Notes under the pieces: model-generated | Databases searched by the model: none | Told to the model about the DNA's origin: nothing | What the model saw: only the letters and a program-made list of their open reading frames with translations | Translations under genes and position numbers: made by a program | Part shown: positions 57,023-62,792 of the stretch, piece by piece | How the letters are laid out: every line of letters starts with the position of its first letter | Numbering within the stretch: the stretch's first letter is position 1 | NCBI GenBank assembly: GCA_001915065.1 | Contig: MNDT01000010.1 | Coordinates: forward strand, 1-62,792 | Source of the DNA: an archaeon 13_2_20CM_2_53_6 | Lineage (GTDB): Archaea; Thermoproteota; Bathyarchaeia; 40CM-2-53-6 | Length of the DNA stretch: 62,792 bases | Direction: 5' to 3'

Positions 57023-57465
57023 GACTCTACCTAGAGCCTAGCATATTGGTCAAACTCTTCAAGGCCGAATCCGGCAGTGACCGGGCTATTCGGCTCGTCA
57101 GCCTTATTGATAAAAAATCCAGCTGGTATGGCATCTCGTCCAGATGGAGCCTTCTGGAGGTAGCTAGAGCCCTAAGGAAGGATGGTAAGACCAAGGAGAT
57201 AGTTGAACTTGACCTTCGAGAGCTTCGCAGTCACCAAATCGCCTTCGTCTCAGTATCGGACAAGATCATTTCCGAGGCAGAAAAAATCATAGGGGCAACC
57301 GATCTTTATGCGGCGGACGCAGTCCACATTTCCACCTACAGAAGCTTGGCACGGCGCTCTCACTTGGAGGGATTTCTATGCGAGGACGTACATTACAACC
57401 GGTTCAAAGAAGAGGTTCCAGTAAGAGCAATCACAGACTTAGAATTTTTGCGGGACGTTGGCTAA
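57019..57465 (+). CDS. PIN-domain protein (VapC-like); probable CTG start overlapping the antitoxin stop
   Basis: The track start is TTG 57046, but the in-frame upstream sequence reads (L)RLYLEPSILVKLF, the usual PIN N-terminal strand. CTG 57019..57021 overlaps TGA 57020..57022 (a CTGA junction). Confidence 0.65.
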   Translation: MRLYLEPSILVKLFKAESGSDRAIRLVSLIDKKSSWYGISSRWSLLEVARALRKDGKTKEIVELDLRELRSHQIAFVSVSDKIISEAEKIIGATDLYAADAVHISTYRSLARRSHLEGFLCEDVHYNRFKEEVPVRAITDLEFLRDVG

Positions 57466-57666
57466 TAATTGCGACAAGAGCTTCTCCAAAATAGCATTCT
57501 GGAAGTCAAGGGGAATCCGACGACGGTAACCCCCTGGTTGATGAGAGCAAATCAACTAACAACCGAAGAGTTGACAGAACCAAACAGCCCACCGAGACGA
57601 TAGACCATGTCTGTAAGTCCAGGGTATGAGGGGGGAAGGAGTCAAGGGTACGCCCTCGCACAAAAG

Positions 57667-57703
57667 GGGTTTGAGCTTGCGTTTTCGCCCACGCCCGAGG
57701 TTC
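57667..57703 (+). repeat. 37-nt intergenic repeat, copy D
   Basis: gggtttgagcttgcgttttcgcccacgcccgaggttc. 31 of 37 positions match copy B. Confidence 0.65.
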
Positions 57704-57965
57704 GACACTGGAAGTGTGAAGCACATGTCAGCCCTTCACGTCGGTGGGCAGTTGTGACAACTCTAATGGCACTTTTGGTCGATCATCGTTTTGAGGGACA
57801 GAACCGCTTTCGCATCCGACCAACTGATCACTAAACATTGCTTTTCTCGATCAATCCACCGAAATGTCGGACGGATGCGCAATCGTTCTCACGACGGTTC
57901 ATGAACAGAAAAAATGTGGAAATAGCTGGGGTCGCGACATCTCCAATTGACTCCCAGGTAAGATT

Positions 57966-60900
57966 CTAGGCAAGACTTGTCAGAACGGTGATGGTCTGGG
58001 AGGTTGTGATGCTCTGGCCATTCGCGTCGGTGACCGTTAGGGTCACAGTGTAAGTTCCTGGAAGCACGTATGAGTGACTTGTTGACTGACCACTGCCGGT
58101 AGACCCGTCGCCAAAGTCCCAGCTATAGCTGTATGGCTGAGTCCCGCCGCTGGCGCTTGCAGAGAATGTGACAGGCACGAGCGGCAGAGGACTCGACGGG
58201 CTGTAGGTGAAACTTGCAGAGAGTTTGGAATTGACTATTATTGTCTGAGATGATTTCGCGAACTGGCCTCCTCCATCAGTAATCGTTAAGGTTACAGTGT
58301 AGGTGCCGGCTGACTGGTACGTGTGTTTGACCGAGCTTCCGGAGGCTGTTCCTCCATCACCGAAGGTCCAAGAATAACTGTAGGGTGAGGTTCCTCCAGA
58401 GGCAGAGCCCGTGAAGGAAACTGATTGTCCAGCGTCAGGCGAGGATGGGCTGAACGTGAAGCTAGCTGATAGTGGCGGTGGGGGACTAGTTACGGAGACT
58501 GTCTGCTGGGACACTGCCGTCTGTTGTGTTGATCCGCTATCCTTGACAGTCAGAATAACGGTAAATGATCCTGAAGATGAATACGAGTGAGTCGCCGAAG
58601 ATCCGGTCCCTGTGGATCCGTCACCGAAGCTCCACGAGTAGCTATAGGGCGAGGTCCCTCCTGATGCTGAGCCGGTGAACGAAACGGTCTGTCCTACCTG
58701 TGCAGAGGACGGACTATAAGTGAAGCTCGCAGATAGTGGAGGTGGTGGGCTTGTGACTGTGACAGTCTTCTGAGAGGTTACTGCCTGCTGTTGTGAACTG
58801 CTGTCTTTGGTCGTCAGCGTGACGGTGTACGATCCTACTGATGAGTACGCGTGCGTTACAGATGAGCCTGTTCCCGTTGATCCGTCTCCAAACGACCAGC
58901 TGAACGAGTATGGAGCTGTTCCACCACTAGCCGAAGCGGTGAATGTCACTTGCTGTCCAGCCTGCGGCGAAGAAGGACTGAAACTGAAGCCTGCTGTCAG
59001 CGCGGGAGGCGGGCTGGAGACGATTATGGACTGCTGGGACGACGCGGTCTGCTGAGGCGAGCCACTATCTTTGACGGTCAGAGCCACAGTGAAGGTTCCT
59101 GCTGATGAGTAGGTGTGCGTCACTGCCGAGCCTGTTCCGGTCGAACCATCGCCGAAATTCCAGGAATAGATGTAAGGCGAGGTTCCCCCAGACACGGTGG
59201 CTGTGAATGTGACCTGCTGGCTTACCTCCGGCGACGACGGACTGTAGGCGAAGCTGGTGGCTATAGTTGGAGGCGGGCTGCTGACCGTAAGAGTATGCTG
59301 CGACGTCGCCGTCTGTTGAGGAGAACTGCTATCCTTGACGTTCAGGGATACAGTAAACGATCCAGCTGAAGCATAAGTGTGCGTCACAGAGGATCCCGTT
59401 CCTGTTGATCCGTCTCCGAAGGACCAGCTGAACGTGTAAGGAGTAGTCCCGCCGCTAGCGCTGGCTGTAAACGTGACTTGTTGACCAGCTTGGGGCGAAG
59501 AAGGACTGTAGCTGAAGCTGCCCGTCAGCGCGGGAGGTGCACTAGAGACTGTTATGGATTGCTGGGATGTCGTGGTCTGCTGCGGTGAGCTACTATCCTT
59601 AACGGTTAGCACAACAGTGAATGATCCTGTTGAGGCATAGACGTGAGTTACAGACGAGCCTGTCCCCGTGGATCCGTCACCGAAGCTCCAAGAGTAGCTA
59701 TAGGGCGACGTCCCTCCTGACGCTGAGCTAGAGAATGAAACGGTCCGTCCTACCTGTGGAGAGGACGGACTATATGTGAAGCTCGCTGTCAGCGCAGGAG
59801 GCTGGCTGGATACTGAGACAGACTGTTGAGACGATGCGGTCTGTTGAGGCGAGCTACTGTCCTTTACTGTCAAAAGAACGTTGAACGTTCCAGCCGCAGC
59901 ATAGGCGTGACTCACAGATGCGCCTGTTCCAGTCGATCCATCACCGAAGTTCCAAGCGTAAGAGTACGGAGATGTTCCACCAGTGGCGCTAGCGGTAAAC
60001 GTGACCTGTTGTCCTGCCTGGGGCGAAGATGGGCTATAGCTGAAGCTCGAGGTCAGAGCAGGGGTCGGGCTCGAGACTGTGATAGACTTCTGGGATGACA
60101 CAGTCTGTTGAGGCGAACCGTTATCCTTCACTGTTAGAATTACAGTAAAAGTTCCTGCCGACGAGTATGCGTGTGTTACAGAGGCGCCTGTTCCAGTCGA
60201 CCCGTCTCCGAAAGACCAGCTGTAACTGTACGGAGCAGTTCCACCCGTTGATGAAGCAGTGAATGTGATCTGCTGCCCCGTCGCAGGTGACGACGGACTA
60301 AATGTGAAGCTGGCGCTGAGAGGCGGAGATGGGCTCGTTACGGAGACAGTCTGCTGGGACGATACTGTCTGTTGCGGTGAACCGCTGTCCTTGACAGTCA
60401 GAACCACCGTGTATGCTCCAGCTGAGGAGTAGGCGTGACTCGTGGACGAGCCGGTCCCGGTGGACCCGTCTCCGAAGCTCCAGCTGAAACTATAGGGCGA
60501 GGTTCCACCACTTGCCGAGGCTGTGAACGTTATTGTCTGGCCTGTTGTGGGCGTGGTCGGGCTATAGGTGAAGCCTGCTGTCAATGCGGAGCTGGAGGAG
60601 GAGAGCCTCCACGCGCTGAGAGGATGGATCTCCCAGCCTGAAAAACTATGCCAGCTGTCAGAGACATGAGTATCATCCCAGAAGACAAAACCCTGAACAT
60701 CAATAATACTCCCAGACGTAGGAGCGGATGGAGCGATACCGCTCTCTTCCCAGTTCATGTCGATCTCCGTGTGGACCTTGTGCATCGTATCAGGATACGT
60801 AGAGCTGCAGGCGGGCGCAAGATTCGCATTGCATGCGTTCCAAGTTATGTCACAGACGCCAGGGTAGAGGCTCCCACACTCATCATTGCTCGGAGGGACA

Positions 60901-61331
60901 GGAACTTTGACTCCATGGATCTCGACGAGTGTTGGCAGAACTGTACCGTTGGCCAGGGTGACAGTGCATGGTGGACTGGTGGATCGCTTCTGGTAGGGCC
61001 AGGACGAGGAGGGCGGGCTTGTACCCGGAGGCTTAGAGCCTTCCAAAGGTAAGGCTCCTCCGCTGTAGTCGGCCCCTGCGTTAGGTTTTGTCTGGGTTGG
61101 GTTCGGAACATTCCCGAGATACTGTTCCAATGTTAGCATCACGGCCTTGCAGTTTGTTGCTGGGTTCCAGGAGGACGACGTTGCCTGTTGGGCTAGTGGA
61201 GAAAGACTCGTAGCTTGAATCCTGATCGGGCCTATGCCGGCTGTCAACTGAGCAACAACCAATAAACCAATGACCAGCGGAACAGCAACGGCTAACGCGG
61301 TGGCCCGGTTTCCCCTAGCGAGCCGAAGCAT
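57966..61331 (-). CDS. Cell-surface protein with ten tandem PKD domains
   Basis: The track ORF extends to 61466. The likely start is Met at 61331 (MLRLARGNRATALAVAVPLVIGLLVV signal/anchor). A ~250-aa N-terminal domain is followed by ten repeats containing W(S/N/T/D)FGDG(S/G)TG...H.Y...G.(Y/F)TV.LTV.D. Confidence 0.85.
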   Translation of the reverse strand: MLRLARGNRATALAVAVPLVIGLLVVAQLTAGIGPIRIQATSLSPLAQQATSSSWNPATNCKAVMLTLEQYLGNVPNPTQTKPNAGADYSGGALPLEGSKPPGTSPPSSSWPYQKRSTSPPCTVTLANGTVLPTLVEIHGVKVPVPPSNDECGSLYPGVCDITWNACNANLAPACSSTYPDTMHKVHTEIDMNWEESGIAPSAPTSGSIIDVQGFVFWDDTHVSDSWHSFSGWEIHPLSAWRLSSSSSALTAGFTYSPTTPTTGQTITFTASASGGTSPYSFSWSFGDGSTGTGSSTSHAYSSAGAYTVVLTVKDSGSPQQTVSSQQTVSVTSPSPPLSASFTFSPSSPATGQQITFTASSTGGTAPYSYSWSFGDGSTGTGASVTHAYSSAGTFTVILTVKDNGSPQQTVSSQKSITVSSPTPALTSSFSYSPSSPQAGQQVTFTASATGGTSPYSYAWNFGDGSTGTGASVSHAYAAAGTFNVLLTVKDSSSPQQTASSQQSVSVSSQPPALTASFTYSPSSPQVGRTVSFSSSASGGTSPYSYSWSFGDGSTGTGSSVTHVYASTGSFTVVLTVKDSSSPQQTTTSQQSITVSSAPPALTGSFSYSPSSPQAGQQVTFTASASGGTTPYTFSWSFGDGSTGTGSSVTHTYASAGSFTVSLNVKDSSSPQQTATSQHTLTVSSPPPTIATSFAYSPSSPEVSQQVTFTATVSGGTSPYIYSWNFGDGSTGTGSAVTHTYSSAGTFTVALTVKDSGSPQQTASSQQSIIVSSPPPALTAGFSFSPSSPQAGQQVTFTASASGGTAPYSFSWSFGDGSTGTGSSVTHAYSSVGSYTVTLTTKDSSSQQQAVTSQKTVTVTSPPPPLSASFTYSPSSAQVGQTVSFTGSASGGTSPYSYSWSFGDGSTGTGSSATHSYSSSGSFTVILTVKDSGSTQQTAVSQQTVSVTSPPPPLSASFTFSPSSPDAGQSVSFTGSASGGTSPYSYSWTFGDGGTASGSSVKHTYQSAGTYTVTLTITDGGGQFAKSSQTIIVNSKLSASFTYSPSSPLPLVPVTFSASASGGTQPYSYSWDFGDGSTGSGQSTSHSYVLPGTYTVTLTVTDANGQSITTSQTITVLTSLA
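57969..60581 (-). repeat. Coding tandem repeat: 10 PKD units of about 87-88 codons
   Basis: The FGDGSTGTG-containing unit recurs ten times in the 1166-aa translation. Confidence 0.85.
60468..60563. repeat. 96-nt stretch identical to 62697..62792
   Basis: gtctccgaagctccagctgaaactatagggcgaggttccaccacttgccgaggctgtgaacgttattgtctggcctgttgtgggcgtggtcgggct is present at both loci. The match is cut off by the window end. Confidence 0.9.
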
Positions 61332-61952
61332 GTTCACGGGCTGGCCCTCACTCATCCGAGCATCAGTTGCGCACAGGAGTATTTGACGAGTCTGTCCACA
61401 ATGTGTTAGGAAACCGCACATTCGAACAACCATGTTCGGATAGAGTACAATAGAACACTTCAGCAACGACTGTCGTTCTTGGTATTGCGAAATCTATAAC
61501 TTGATACTTTCTTGAACCATTCTGTGCTTCGCGCTCGCGAGGGGCCTCGGATGGTTGACCGTTGATACCCAAAGACGAGCGGATACGCAAAAGATCAGTT
61601 CGGGACAGCGGCGGAGAATCGCATTTGTAAGAATCCTGTTAACCATGCTCGGCCGCTTCGGACTAAGACTACAGATAAGCGGAGACGCGGTTGCGTGATC
61701 GATACCCGGTGTCTACAATCTAGCGGATCCTACCCTGATGTCGAGTCTCCGCCGGCCTCCAACTCTCTCACTCCATTAGTTTGAATGCCTAGCTGAAGAT
61801 AAAAACAGATAATGGTTCGCCACACACCGGCGATCCAGTGACCGTTCGTTGCAGACAAACAAGACTCGACTCGACCACATCAGATCATCAACAGGTGGAC
61901 GCTCGAATGTCCACGACTTGGCATGTCAATCGTCTGTTTTCAGACGAGAGGG

Positions 61953-62792
61953 CTAGGTGACGTTGACTGTCACGGTCACGGAGTGGGATACTGTCCCGAC
62001 TGTCCCTGTTACGGTCACAAGATAAGTGCCGGGGGTTGTCTTCTTCAACGCTGTTATTTTGAGTGATGATGATCCTGTTCCGTCTGGAGCCAGCGTGACT
62101 TGGTTAGGGTTTAGTGATGTCTTAATGTTGATGGAAGAGTCAGATTGGGTCAGGCTTACGGTCCCGGTGAACCCGTTAACGCTGGACAGGTTGATGCTGA
62201 CTGTTGCTGAATGACCGTGTATGATCGTAATCGAGTTGGGGAGGGCGGAGAGCGTAAAGTCCACTATTCTTACGGCGATGCTGGTGGAGTGAGACAGCGA
62301 ACCACTAGTACCAGTGACCGTTACAGCATATGTTCCGATGGTCGGAGAGGTGAAGGTGCATGTCGAATTGGCGGACCCAGCGGCAATCAGAGTGAGGCTG
62401 CTTGGGCTACACGATATTGTAAGGCCAGTCTTGTCCGTGGAGGTTGACAGCGTAACTTGGCCGGAGAAACCGTCCAGGCTATTGAGGCTGACCTTTGAGC
62501 TGCCGGAGGAGCCGGCCAGAATTGTCAAAGAGCCTGGGTTGGCAGAAATTGCAAAGTCAGGCTGGGGAGGCGGGCCAACGTTGACCGTGCGAGTTGCAGT
62601 GGTGCTGGCGCTGGCTGAGTCGTGGACTGTCAACTGGACAGTGTAACTGCCCGCAGAGTAGGAATGGGTTACAGGGTTACCTGTCCCTATGGTGCTGTCT
62701 CCGAAGCTCCAGCTGAAACTATAGGGCGAGGTTCCACCACTTGCCGAGGCTGTGAACGTTATTGTCTGGCCTGTTGTGGGCGTGGTCGGGCT
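61953..62792 (-). CDS. Second PKD/Ig-like repeat surface protein, N-terminus beyond the right window edge
   Basis: The track ORF starts at TTG 62633, but the same frame stays open to the window end. It encodes a PKD unit (SPTTPTTGQTITFTASASGGTSPYSFSWSFGDSTIGTG...YTVQLTVHD) followed by two Ig-like repeats (...FAISANPGSLTI..., ...FTLSALPNSITI...). Confidence 0.75.
   Translation of the reverse strand, partial: SPTTPTTGQTITFTASASGGTSPYSFSWSFGDSTIGTGNPVTHSYSAGSYTVQLTVHDSASASTTATRTVNVGPPPQPDFAISANPGSLTILAGSSGSSKVSLNSLDGFSGQVTLSTSTDKTGLTISCSPSSLTLIAAGSANSTCTFTSPTIGTYAVTVTGTSGSLSHSTSIAVRIVDFTLSALPNSITIIHGHSATVSINLSSVNGFTGTVSLTQSDSSINIKTSLNPNQVTLAPDGTGSSSLKITALKKTTPGTYLVTVTGTVGTVSHSVTVTVNVT
62697..62792. 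repeat. 96-nt stretch identical to 60468..60563
   Basis: See the partner entry. Identity begins at g62697/g60468 and continues to the last base of the window. Confidence 0.9.

Noticed and set aside
50652-57703. Integron hypothesis: the 37-nt repeats as attC sites bounding gene cassettes.
   Set aside because: I could not find the RYYYAAC / GTTRRRY core sites or the extended imperfect palindrome expected of attC. The units are large (1-3 kb) and of mixed gene orientation. No IntI-type integrase adjoins the array. I keep the repeats as an unexplained family instead.
57969-60581. Regular ~260-nt nucleotide periodicity that could be mistaken for a CRISPR-like or satellite array.
   Set aside because: The period corresponds to in-frame PKD-domain coding repeats. 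The units are long, divergent and lack spacer/repeat alternation. No cas genes are present in the window.

Overview
This window is an archaeal chromosomal segment. Evidence: aEF-1beta, RadA, CDC48, uS7, and intron-rich tRNAs with encoded CCA.

**Layout**
- **1-1.8 kb:** edge of a head-tailed-virus-like region. It holds a terminase large-subunit gene that is missing from the ORF track because it runs off the window.
- **2.2-9.1 kb:** housekeeping genes plus stand-alone Ku, ATP-dependent ligase and primase-polymerase genes (an NHEJ trio).
- **9.15-9.5 kb:** two tRNA genes, each with two introns.
- **10.9-14.8 kb:** an overlapping two-gene operon encoding an enlarged NurA-like nuclease and a HerA/FtsK-like ATPase, with no Mre11/Rad50 nearby. 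This is my top candidate for an undescribed repair or defence module.
- **15-35.4 kb:** core genes, including uS7, S9 peptidase, TrmI, a sugar nucleotidyltransferase, PadR, two MFS transporters, PyrC-like, RadA and RNase HI.
- **35.4-49.4 kb:** an accessory region. It contains a decayed tyrosine integrase, an RHH protein, duplicated Zn-ribbon modules, an alpha/beta-hydrolase fused to a class III cyclase, and retropepsin remnants. It ends at an orphan tRNA 5' half and a phased TGTTCG repeat array.
- **50-62.8 kb:** secreted and cell-surface proteins (a BNR/Asp-box protein and PKD-repeat proteins) interleaved with two PIN-type toxin-antitoxin pairs and a 37-nt intergenic repeat family.

**Other points**
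- Four genes have conserved N-termini that extend upstream of the first ATG/GTG/TTG, with CTG or ATT/ATA at the expected start.
- No rRNA genes or CRISPR arrays were seen.
- All homology calls come from motif recognition by eye, not database searches.
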